The notes under the pieces: model-generated | What the model was told of the DNA's origin: nothing | Databases searched by the model: none | Seen by the model: the letters and a program-made list of their open reading frames with translations, nothing else | Shown here: piece after piece, positions 25,830-36,645 of the stretch | Layout of the letters: the number at the start of each line of letters is the position of its first letter | Numbering within the stretch: position 1 is the first letter of the stretch | Made by a program: the position numbers and the translations under genes | Assembly: GCA_013239625.1 (NCBI GenBank) | Contig: MU056050.1 | Location: 3,148,084 to 3,212,083 of the forward strand | Source of the DNA: Lama guanicoe | Taxonomy: Eukaryota | Direction of reading: 5' to 3' | Length of the DNA: 64,000 nt

Positions 25830-27310
25830 TGCAAGTTTCCATATTCTTTACCATTTAGGAGACTTGATCTCTAACTTGGTCTGTATGTTTCTTTCTGTCA
25901 ACCACATCACCATCCTGGTGACTACTGAATACCGCCTTATTAAATATAATTCCTCCCCTTTTCTTTTTCTTCCGTCCAATTCAGATGAATGTTTTGCCCA
26001 AATTCAGCTTCCTCTCAATCAATTCCATGTCAAAAGAGTAGTCTACTTTCTATTTCCATTTTCTTACCTCCTACAAATTCTTCAAACCCATTGCAGCCTT
26101 GCTTTAATCTCATCACGGTACTGAAATAAGCTGCTTAAAAGTTAAGAAGTCTGTAATTGACAGAATCAGCGGTCTTTTCTCATCCACATCCTATTTGACT
26201 CCTCTGAGGCATTTGAAAATCATGATCATTATCTTCTTGAAATTTTCTTCTCTCTTGTTTGTTCTCTTCTATGGTTATTCCTCAGTCACCCGTGCTGGCT
26301 TTTTTGCCTTCAGGGACTCCAAAAATGTATGTGTTTCCATGATTTGGTTTACAGTCTTCTTTTTCCACTAAACTCTCTGTCTAAGTTTTTCAGTATTTCC
26401 TTCATCATTCATGGAAATTCAAATATTATGTCTACCTATGAAATTCTCAATCATCCATGCCTATCATGAGCTCTGGAATAGTGGGTTTGAACTGGCTCCA
26501 TTACATATTAACTGGTGACCTTCTGGTACATTGTTCAACTCCTCTAAACCTCAATTTTAAAAACTATAAATTGGAATAAATGTGATAACAGCTTGGCACG
26601 ATATTTGGCACATAGAAAGCATTCAAGAAGTGGTAGGAGAAAAACTTTTTCTCTTTTTCTTCCTTTCCTGGGACCCAGATCCATATTTTTAACTATTTAT
26701 TAGATACTGGACATTAGTAACTGGATGCTTCACATACCTGGTTCCAAAATAAAACTCACTGTCTGCTTCTACCAACTATTGTTTCTGATTTCAGAAATCT
26801 ACTCCCATCTGTTACTCTGTCCATATACCGTACAAAAATTTTGTTGAATAATATAAGTCAAGCACTGAGGAATCAAAGTAAAAAAAGACATAGTCCTTAA
26901 CTCAAGTTGCAACAGGGAATAAAGACAAGTAAATAAAATGTTTGGAGTGCAAATATATAATGGATTAAGGTCTTCATAGACATATGGACAGGATGCTATG
27001 AGACCAAAGATAAGGGGGAATTCTATGAAAGTTGCTGTGGGGAAGTGAAAGCAGGAAAGGAAGACTTCTAAGAGATGCCGTTGACTCCTCTCCTCCTTCT
27101 CCCCTGTTACATCTAGCCAGACCACAATTCCTGCAGTATTACTAGCCTCAATATAATTAACATTTTAGGGTAAAGGCTGCCTTCTCCAGTAGAATGTAAG
27201 CTCCATAAAGGCAGAGATGTTGTCTATTTTGTTCTCTGTTGTAGTCCCTGCAACTACAATACTGGCTGGTACATGGTGGGCACTCAGTAAGTATTTACCA
27301 AAATTTGTTA
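25830..27310. mobile_element. L2 fragments with an embedded MIR (about 26470-26635)
   Basis: L2-like 'tttgactcctctgaggcatttgaaaatcatgatcat', L2 3' end 'tagaatgtaagctccataaaggcagagatgttgtctattttgttc', and MIR 'aacctctctaaacctcaatttt'. Confidence 0.65.
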
Positions 27311-27684
27311 AAACTTATCTCTGCTAGAATTAATTCATTATAGTGTTTATAATGAACTGTTTTTCACTTAAAATATTCATCTCACACACATTCTTATATC
27401 CTAAGATATCACACCAAAAAAATTAACAGAACGGTGAAGCAGATGTTACTGTTTATTTGCTTATCTGTTCGCCAAAGGGGACAATTCTTTTTGAGCGTTC
27501 CTGTTTTTCAAATGGAATACTCAGTACCACACTTTGACGATTCTTGCAGAGGCATTTCAAAGACCTCAAGACTTAACCTGATCTTATCTTTTGCTTTTAA
27601 AGCTACAAACCTTTTTGTGTTGTGGAATTAATAAAGAACCAGCTGGAATCTCCCAAAAGGAGATGTTTAGCAGAATGTCTTTGA

Positions 27685-27743
27685 TACACACACATACGTG
27701 CACACACACACACGTGCGCACGTGCACACACACACACACACAC
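27685..27743. repeat. Interrupted (CA)n alternating purine-pyrimidine tract
   Basis: tacacacacatacgtgcacacacacacacgtgcgcacgtgcacacacacacacacacac read directly. Confidence 0.9.
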
Positions 27744-30404
27744 CCCTCTGTAGAAAATAGGGAGACTAACTGACAAGAAAATTATTTTTTGCTACTTCAA
27801 GTATATTTCCTACTTTTAGTAAAATATAACGGGCAAGTATCTATTAACTTGACATGGCAATGAAAATAATTCTTATGATTAACTGGATAAGTAACTTTGT
27901 AGTCAATGAAGTTGTTAAGAACTAATTTTTCTCTTGATCAAAAGCAGATATTTTTGTTTTAAATATACAATCCAGGATAGGGAAGTATACATGATGAGGG
28001 AGGGCAAAAGGTTAGTACAGAGATTCTTTGAAAACGTATTTTTTGTTTGCTATACTTATATATTTCACGAATCAACTCAATTTTAAAGGTTCCCTGAAAC
28101 ATCTGTTTAGATTCACATTTGGATTGATAAATAAGTCTTCTCCATAGTAAAACCAGATTTCATCTCATCTATGGAGAAATTTCCTTTCTTTATAAAATGA
28201 AACACATTATGTTTCCTATGGTTTTTATTTTGAATTGAAACTAAGAATAGTCAATTCAAAAACATTTTAAAAAATAATACCATCAAAGGGACTAGAGACT
28301 GTATCATGATAATCTCCCAAACACTGCTCCTCACTGCCCAACACAATAGACTATTACAGATATATTTTTACTCTCAATGTGTAAAATATAATTTAGAGGC
28401 TATAGAATTCTCTTTCATGTAAATTTAACATATTCCTCATCTATCACTTGGTGTAGGCTGAAAAGCTTGGTTGATTCTTGTTCATCTGTAGTAAACAGGA
28501 TTTATAGGTCATAGATTAGTTCTATGAAGTCTTTTCCTGTCTTAAAAAGAATCTTTAAATCTGTGGCTGAAGATAGATTTTGCTAACCCCAGTGCTGTTA
28601 AAGGATTAAAGCATGAGATATTGTTGGATCTAAGCACTGAATATGTACATTCTGAGCTTTCTTTCTCTAGTCATTATTGAAGGGAAAAATTGTCTCTAAA
28701 TCTAGTTTTCCACTGCAAATATCCTAAGGGGGGAAAAACTACTTATAAATGCCAGGTAGATTTTAGTAGTACTATAAAATAAAGAAAGATAACTACCACT
28801 AGGGACCTCACCTTTATGGGTTAATATATAAAGAGTATTATCCCATAGATATTAAAATCACTGCCATCGCTATTAATGAATATTTCATCCAAATGATTCT
28901 TATTTCCCCAAGATAGACACTAGCTCTATCAGTCTGGTAACAAACATTGGTCATGTTGATTTCATTTCTCTTTCCATCCCTTGCCAACATCCCCTTCACC
29001 AATGGCCCTGGTTGTTTTATAAAAATAACCCGTTGACTCCATTTAATTGTCACATTGGTCTAAAGCCAGCAAGGGCAATCAGCCTCATACTCAGCTACAG
29101 CCATCTGTCAGAATATGCTAAAAAAACAATGAATATAGCTGCTACTCACTCTTCTGACTGGCCTGACTCCTCCACACAATTCTGATTTGTCTTTGTAAGT
29201 TGAAGTGGTGATGTCAATATCAAATCCAAGTTCCCCCTAGTATTGGAGATCACAGCAAAATCTTTAGGCAAGATTCACTGTGGTAAATAGATCATGGTTG
29301 AGGTCTATCATCATGGAGAGGAGGTCAAGCAAAGTTAGCTAGGGTCTAGAGCCCACACTCGGACAAAAATTCCAAATGAGTGAGAGCTCAAGTAAACTTT
29401 CACTTAGGAGCTTTAAAGGGGGACAGCAAAGAGAGTAATTAAGGGAAAGCAAAAATGGCTCTAATTCTACTTCAAAGTGAATCCGGATGAAGAGGTGGAG
29501 AATAGGAGAACTGTCTCCGTGTTGTGCAGGCAGCAGGCTATGTGTGACTCCCTAATAGACATGAGCACTACTCCACTTAACTGGGCGTAAAAGCCAGACC
29601 AATTCACTTGCACACTAAGCACACAGATAGAATGGAGAGACTGATACAGAAAGGAAAGCAGTTGTTAGGACTCTGAGAAGCTAGAATGGAGTAAAACCTA
29701 GTGTCAAGGGGATGGAGAAGGGAGGAATGTGACACAGGAAGAAGAGAAAGAGGGGGAGGAAACTAAAATGAGAGAGCATGTCACATATGCGGTCTAAAAT
29801 AATCCTTGTAACAACCATAAGAAGTGAGAGCTATTAATCCATTTTTAAGGTCAGAAAACAGGTTCAGAAAGGCTCAGGAATTAGTCCAAGCACATGCAGA
29901 TAATAAGGAACAGAACTGATCCTCAAATCTTCATCTGTTGATTATTGGTTTCTACAATCCAAACTCTTAACCACTCTCAGAGCTTTTATGGGGAAGGCAC
30001 AACGCTGTGCCATCAAAGCTCTAAGAAAGCTTTGGGATTGAGACTTATCCCATAGCAGGGGAAAAGAGACTTTCTGGAGAAGAATTATAGAATAAGAGGA
30101 TCTGCAAACTCTAGTATATCCAAGGATGGGTCACTTGATAAGGAAAGAGGTTATGGTGATTCAACAGTGAGAATTTCAGAATAAAGTTTAGATTTCTGGC
30201 TCATACCTTTAAAATTATGGGCTTTTGGTTCCAGAATGATTACCTCTCATTAGTATTAGAAGAAACAAATTTGCTCACAAGCTGAGAAAGAGAGTTTAAA
30301 TAGCAAATGGAGGAAAGGGAGAGGAAGAATAGGAAGAACAATGCCTAATATTGCTGAAATGGACAACTGGTGACTACACACAACTTGGAGTGTGATGTGT
30401 TCTT

Positions 30405-30525
30405 CCCAGAGGGCCTTTCCTTGGTCTTGGAATTCCCAGTCTCCAGAACCGTGAGAAATAAATATCTGGTGTTTAAACTACTCAGTCCATGGTATTTTTG
30501 TTATAGCAGCCTGAATGGAATAAGC
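30405..30525. mobile_element. MaLR (MLT1) LTR 3' fragment
   Basis: 'cagtctccagaaccgtgagaaataaatatctggtgtttaaactactcagtccatggtatttttgttatagcagcc'. Confidence 0.8.
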
Positions 30526-30699
30526 TGGTGAAAGCATATATTCTATTTAAAAGCATGCCAAGAGAGGAATTGAAATAATCTTGTATGTGTACTTGGGAAA
30601 AATCACAAATGTAAAGGTAGAAACATCTCTCATCGGATGAAGACAGAAATAGAAAGGGGAAAAAATAGAGCTGTTTCTCATGTATTGTTATTGCTACTA

Positions 30700-30890
30700 T
30701 TATCCTAATATTTATTAAGTGCTTACTATGTGCCCAGCTGCTCCAAGCACATTGTAAGTATTAACTCATTTAATCCTTACAACAGCCTTCTGAATAGGTA
30801 TTACTCTTATCCTTAAAGGATGATACGTTAAAGATGAGAAAACTGAGGCATGTCCAAAGTCCTAGAGCTAACAGACGGTGGGTCAGGGAG
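30700..30890. mobile_element. MIR SINE
   Basis: 'tttattaagtgcttactatgtgcc...aactcatttaatccttacaacagcc...agatgagaaaactgaggc'. Confidence 0.75.
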
Positions 30891-32284
30891 TCTACAAGAA
30901 GCCACTTAGCTGGAGGAAGGAAATGGATGTTCATTTCTATGACAGACCCCACAGTGTTCTAAGAGTAAGTGTCATAAACATGAGTGATTTCAGCTCCACA
31001 GACATCTGTTAGACATATCCTTTAACTAAAGGCCCATATCTGACAACTTCCCAACCTCCCTGTTGACAGCGCCAGCTCCCAGAAGGTAAACAAAATAAGG
31101 AGATTTGCTTCTCTCACTGACTACAAAAGAGAAACTGGTAAGTTAAAGGTGATAGAAACCTTTAGAGAAAGCAACCACTTTAGCTTAGAAAATCCTAGAC
31201 TTTAGGAAAGCAGTTCTCTAAAGTGAAGTAGTGTGATTCCATGCCCTGAGACACTCTAAAAACCAGGGGATGAATTAAAAGTCAGTTGGGGAGCTTTGTT
31301 GCCCATTGAAACCAGTGTGCCGTATGGGGTGCTCTCCATACAGTTTAGATTTCCAGAACATGTGCCCAAATAAATGGATGAGAATCAAGTGTAAATAAAT
31401 ATAAAAGGGTATATCTGGGACTGTTGTGTGGATGAAATGTGTCACAACACTGAAGACCTAAGTATTGGCTTTGGTTTTTCAAAAGGTACAGAAAGCACAT
31501 GGGCTCCTTAGATTAGACAAGGAACATGTTGAGTGCAAAATCCTAAAACAGGTTATTAAAAGGATGATTTGTAAGCACTTAGAAAAAAAGTAGCAACCAT
31601 GAGAAAGTAGCATAAATTCTCTAAGAACAAGTCATATTAGACAAATCCCATTTCATTTCTATATTTGATATGGTTATTGGATTGGCAGATCAGTAGAAAT
31701 GTAGGCACACTGTATCTTGGTATCAGCAAGGCATTTGACAAGGTCTCTCATGATATGCCTGTGAACAAGATGGAGAAATGTGGGTTGTATGGTAGTCAAA
31801 GAATGCTGCCTGATGGGTAAATGTCAACCTGCAGGGAGCTTTCCATAGCATGTCACAGAGCTCTGACCTTAATCTTGTCTTAGGCAACATTTTTGTTAAT
31901 GACTTACGTAAAGATGAGGAAAGCATACCTAACAAACCTACAGATGACAGAGTTATGAGAGTGATACAATGCACATACTTTGTATGGCAGAATTAGTATT
32001 CAGCTGCATCGCCACAGGTTAAAAAGATGAAATCAAATTAGGCCAAATTAAGGCTCTAAACGTTATTTCCACCTACATCTCCCCTCCCCACCATCTCAAA
32101 CACACAATTAAAAAAAACACGAACTATGTAATTATGGAATAAATGCAATGTGGCTTAGCCTCAGAACTTGTTTAAAAGTTTTTAGAGTTTAGTGTTTTCA
32201 GTAGTGTTATGTAGTCACCAAAACTGCTGAGTTTAGAGTAGACAGCACGAACAGAAATATTTAGTTAGCACAAGGGAGACAAAT

Positions 32285-32935
32285 GATTGTTGGTTACAGC
32301 ACAAAATCCTAAACAAGTCAATCAAGTCGATTGTCTGCTGAGAGTTCCAGCTAAGGTACATCAGATCTGCTCTCAGCCCTTGCTCAGGGGCAGCCATAGG
32401 TGTCCATGCTGTTGCTTTTTTAAATCACATGACCTTTCTCACTCCTTAGCCTCAGCTGACTGAGAGAATAACTGACAGGGCTTGCCAAGAAACTCAAACA
32501 TGGCCTGGTACAAAAGGGATGAACTGGGCTAATCAAATTCCCGCTCTTAGGTTTTTAAACCTAGAGCTAGCAGGAGAATGAGGCAGGTGGCAACAGAACA
32601 TGAATTGAAAGGATGAGGTGAGAGGTGCCAGGAGGTACACTTGGAGTCATGTGGTGCAGTGGAAACCAGGCATTGCTATGAGAAAGTAGAACTTATGTGG
32701 TAAACAAAAGAAATATTGAGCTGACAGTAAGTTACTGGACAAAGAAAGAGACAGAGAGTGGCAAAAGTGCAGAGAATTGCCAAGTCATATAGTGTCAGAA
32801 GTCTGTAGGCCCTCCCCTTCCTTGGGGGTTAACCAGTATTTCCTGAGTTCTCAGGGGCTGATAATATTCTTAAAAAGATGTTCTCAATTATTTGAGGCAA
32901 CTTGAATGACCTCTACTCCTTCCAACAAAAGACCC
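32285..32935. mobile_element. ERVL-type LTR (LTR16/LTR33-like) inserted in the L3
   Basis: 'gggctaatcaaattcccgctcttagg' and terminal 'ttatttgaggcaacttgaatgacctctactccttccaacaaaagacc' resemble LTR16-family motifs; it interrupts L3 colinearity. Confidence 0.55.
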
Positions 32936-32980
32936 ACACCTACATTCAGCCTTGGCCATGACACTTCAAGAGCAGTTTGG

Positions 32981-33891
32981 GAAGACATACAGATGGCCGA
33001 TAGGCACATGGAAGGATGCTCAATATCACTAATTATCAGACAAATGCAAATCAAAACTACAATGAGATATCATTTCATACTAGTCAGAATGGCCATCATT
33101 AAAAAGTCCACAAATGATAAATGCTAGAGAGGATGTAGGGAAAAGGGAACCCTCCTACACTGCTGGTGAGAATGTCATTTGGTGCAGCCATTATGGAAAA
33201 CAGTATGGAGGTTCCTTAAAAAACTAAAAACAGAGCTACCGTATGATCCAGCAATCTCACTCCTGGGCATATACCTGGAGAAAACTCTAATTCAAAGAGA
33301 TACACGGACCCCAATGTTCATAGCGGCACTATTTACAATAGCCAAGACATGGAAGCAATCTAAGTGTCCATTGACAGATGATTGAATAAAGAAATTGTTT
33401 TATACACACACACACAATGGAATACTACTCAGCCATAAAAAGAAAGAAATAATGCCGTTTGCAGCAACATGGATGGACCTAGAGATGATCATACTGTGAA
33501 GTAAGTCAAAGACAAATGTCATATGATACCACTTACGTGGAATCTAAAAAAAATGACAGAAATGAACTTATTTAAAAAACAGAAAGAGACTCACTGACAT
33601 AGAAAATAAACTTCTGGTTACCAAAGGGGAAAGGGGAGGATGGATAAATTAGGAGTTTGCAATTAGCAGATACAAACTACTATATATGAAATAGATAAAT
33701 AACAAACTCCTACTGTATAGCATAGGAAACTATATTCAATATCTTATAATAGCTTATAATGAAAAAGAATATGTACATATATAATTGAATCACTGTGCTA
33801 TACACCAGAAACTAACACAACACTGTAAATCAACTATACTTCAGTTTAAAAAATTAATAAATAAATCGAAGCAGCATTATCATTTTTTTTA
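32981..33891 (+). mobile_element. 5'-truncated cetartiodactyl-type L1 with 13-bp TSD
   Basis: ORF2 C-terminal remnants ([62 protein letters not shown]), 3' UTR and A-rich tail. TSD aagagcagtttgg (32968-32980) and aagagcaatttgg (33892-33904). Confidence 0.93.
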
Positions 33892-34239
33892 AAGAGCAAT
33901 TTGGACAAAATGAAGTATGTTCTAAGGAAAGAGACCAGGATGGAGGATTTGAAACCTGTTAATATGAGGAGCAGATGAAGGAACTGGGGAAACATTAAGC
34001 TCAAAATAGAGAGAATCAGGAACACTGAAGGGTTGTCAGGTCTGAGAGGGATTTTATTCTGTGAGACCCCAGAACTAGATCTGGAAGACATGGGTAGAGT
34101 TGAGAGGTTGGAGATTTTGGTTCAATAAGAATCTTCCAGCAGTTGGTCTGAGACGAAATGGAATGCCTCAGGAATGAGTCAATTTCCTATTCTGGAGATA
34201 TTTAAGCAGAGGCAGGTGAGCACTTAGTAGGAATAGCAA

Positions 34240-34420
34240 AATTCGAATTGTATGATGCTTTACAATGCATGAGGCACTTTCTGCTACACTAGCTTGATCT
34301 TCTTCATAACCTGTTGAGACAGGCATTTTTATATTCATGTTTCCAGATGAGGAAGGTGAGGCTCAGAAGGGTTATGTTACACAGCTCATAAGTAAGTGCC
34401 AGGGCACCCACGGAGTTACC
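34240..34420. mobile_element. MIR SINE
   Basis: 'ttccagatgaggaaggtgaggctcagaagggttatgttacacagctcataagt'. Confidence 0.65.
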
Positions 34421-35868
34421 TTCCACTGACTACATGTGAAATGAACATTGTAAAGGATATATTTGGAAAATCCTAGCTGATCAAGCTGATAGGGCTTCGA
34501 GGTTTTTAAAATTCATCTTTGTGATGCTGAATGTATTTTCAAATGTACTAAAAAGGTACTCCCTCTCTGCTCAGTCTCACATGAAAACTTATGTTCTTCT
34601 CTGCGTCTTACGAAACTGAGACCAATTAATACATTCCTTGCATAGATACAGAAGGTCCGTGGGAGCAGTTTGTACAAACATGTCTAGATGTACATTTCAA
34701 ATAAGAATAGTTTTCTCTCTCCATTTGCCTGAGCCCATTCCCCACCCTCCTTCCAGATTTCCTGTTATTTGGCTTCTTAGAGGAAGGAAGTGTGTTTGCT
34801 TATCAAGACAGCTAGTTAACCAGATTGGCCCACTGCTTTCTTAGCTATCACTAAGCCCCGAAAAGGAATTAAAAGAAGAGTGAGTAAATCACCACCGTTA
34901 GTGTAAACTCCTTGAAGATATACATTGCTCTCTGCTTCTCTTACTTCATTCACTTGCTCCCTTTTAATTTAAAAAAAAAAAAAAAAGGAATGATACACAA
35001 ATTCTTTCACTAGTGCAATTTTAATTGGGTTATCTTCACCATAGTTGCTGACTGCTATATTTTCTCTTGGGAGGTAACAGAAATATCAGTTTATAAAATT
35101 ATTTAATCTAGTTAGTGATGGATGATACAGAGGTTCCTGGATTTGGGCCATAGAGCTTTCAGTTTGTTGGTAGTGACATATTTTCTGATGCTGTGGTTGG
35201 CATTTAACTTAATATGCTGCTAAGGAAAAAAATAACCGGTCTTATAATGTGAGTTTATTAGTCCTCCCCTTTTCCATTCCAATTCTCAAATTTTGGGCTA
35301 GAAGTTCATCAGACTTGACATCAGACATTGCTTATCAAGTGATATATTATACCCAGTGTTTACATACAAATGTGTTTAGAAAAAGCTTTGGTGGAAGATC
35401 TAAATAAGATATATAGAAGACAAGGGGAAGTCCTTGAATTTAACAGATAACAGAGTACTATGTTTTATTAGGCAGTGTTTTTCTATGTTAATAGAAAGTT
35501 ACAATTTTGATTTAAGAGAGAACAACTAGAAATGATGAATAATTTCTCAGTTACTTGCAACTAGTGCTAAAGTCTATTATGATCAAGGGACCTAGAACAG
35601 TGAAGGAGTAGAACTTTAATCACACGACAAAGATGGAAACCTAAATATATGAAGTAACCGAAAAATAGAGGCAAAACTTTGCTCAAAAGGCACAATCAGG
35701 TTTTTAAAATTACACACGGACTTCCAATTTACGAAGCAAACCATTTTTAAAAATGTTTGAAGACAACTTACTTTTTCAAAGAATCTTAAAATAAATAAAA
35801 TGTAAACTATCACTGTTCCTTGAATTGTGTTTGGATTTTCTTGTAAAATTGCAGCATCTTTAAAACAA

Positions 35869-36040
35869 TCTTTTTTTTGACAAACTTTTAAATTGAAGTA
35901 TAGTCAGTTTACAATGTTGTGTTAGTTTCTGGTGTATAGCATAGTGATTCAGTTATACATATATATATATATTATTTTTCATATTCTTTTTCATTATGGG
36001 CTATTACAAGATATAGAATAGTTCCCTGTGCCATACAGTA
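35869..36040 (-). mobile_element. Short L1 3'-end insertion (about 170 bp) with TSD
   Basis: Reverse complement of the L1 3' UTR 'ctactgtatggcacagggaact...aatgaaaaagaatatgaaaa...ctatacttcaat'; flanked by gcagcatctt(t)aaaacaa at 35851-35868 and 36041-36057. Confidence 0.88.
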
Positions 36041-36109
36041 GCAGCATCTTAAAACAAGGAACAATTGTCTTACTTTAAGGATGCAATGACAGTTCAGGTA
36101 ATTGCTTGG

Positions 36110-36312
36110 TTTCATATGTTTTTGTGGGTGTCTGCCCGTGGGGTGTTTATGCATCTGTGGTTTCCTCTTTACACATGCCTCTGCTTTGGTCTGTGTCTGT
36201 GGGTGTGTCTGGATCTAGATGGGTGTGCCTGTGTGTGTATCTGTGCTTGTGGAGGGGTCTGCTCTTTTGCCCAGGCATCTGTGTGTGTGTGTGTGAGCAT
36301 TTGTGTGTCTCT
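36110..36312. repeat. Degenerate (GT)-rich low-complexity tract
   Basis: Repeated tgtgtctgtgggtgtgtct / gtgtgtgtgtgtgtgagc motifs. Confidence 0.8.
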
Positions 36313-36404
36313 GCAGATGTCTATGGTGAAATGAGTCACTGCACTCAGTGGAATCATCTTCTGCCAATATTTAAATTCAGCGGGATCAATAAGAGTTCAA
36401 GTAC

Positions 36405-36645
36405 CTGGTCTCCAACGGGATGTTGCTATTCAAAACCCAGCTGTTATGCAGATGAACTGAATCCTGCGTACTGGTTGGGGGAGCTGGAGCAGCCGGGCTG
36501 GGCTGGCTGCGGGTAGTCATTGATCTCCTCTGAAGAGAGTCTGCCGCCGGGGGTGGCTTCCTGGCACAGGTGCAGGCATGCGGCGGCGGCGGCGGCGGCG
36601 GGAGGGGTCTGAAGGTGAACTGGTTGTGTGGGCTGCTCTGCATGT
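36405..36645 (-). CDS. TENM1: Teneurin-1 internal coding exon (probably exon 4), intracellular proline-rich region
   Basis: Translates (D)MQSSPHNQFTFRPLPPPPPPPHACTCARKPPPAADSLQRRSMTTRSQPSPAAPAPPTSTQDSVHLHNSWVLNSNIPLET(R), recognisable as teneurin-1. Minus-strand acceptor is ...tctcttctctcctctttAG|AC (AG at 36647-36646) with a long pyrimidine tract; donor is CCAG|GTACTT (GT at 36404-36403). 241 bp, phase 1 in and phase 2 out. Exon number is from memory of the human gene. Confidence 0.97.
36581..36601 (-). repeat. TENM1: Pure (CCG)7 trinucleotide repeat encoding Pro7
   Basis: Plus strand (cgg)7 inside the exon. Confidence 0.95.

Larger units (their letters stand above)
31500..34235 (+). mobile_element. 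CR1/L3 LINE (RT region to 3' end), interrupted by an LTR and an L1
   Basis: 31720-31756 'tgtatcttggtatcagcaaggcatttgacaaggtctctcatgatat' matches CR1 RT YLDFSKAFDKVSHD. 32940-32980 joined to 33905-33945 matches VQFWAPHFKRDIDKLERVQRRATRM. 34190-34230 matches the L3 3' end 'ctggagatatttaagcagaggc'. Confidence 0.8.
10665..36404 (-). other. TENM1: TENM1 intron (GT-AG, phase 2, 25,740 bp) between the two exons
   Basis: Canonical donor and acceptor; the reading frame joins correctly across it; no additional teneurin-like exon seen inside. Confidence 0.9.

Noticed and set aside
35869..36040. Sense-oriented L1 tail 365 bp from the exon donor as a premature poly(A) site
   Set aside because: No AATAAA or ATTAAA precedes its A tail on the transcribed strand.
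10665..36404. Possible extra cassette exon between PLETR and HFLFK, as I recall occurs in teneurin-4
   Set aside because: No teneurin-like peptide with suitable phase-2 splice sites was seen in this intron by eye. A tBLASTn or RNA-seq check is needed to exclude it fully.
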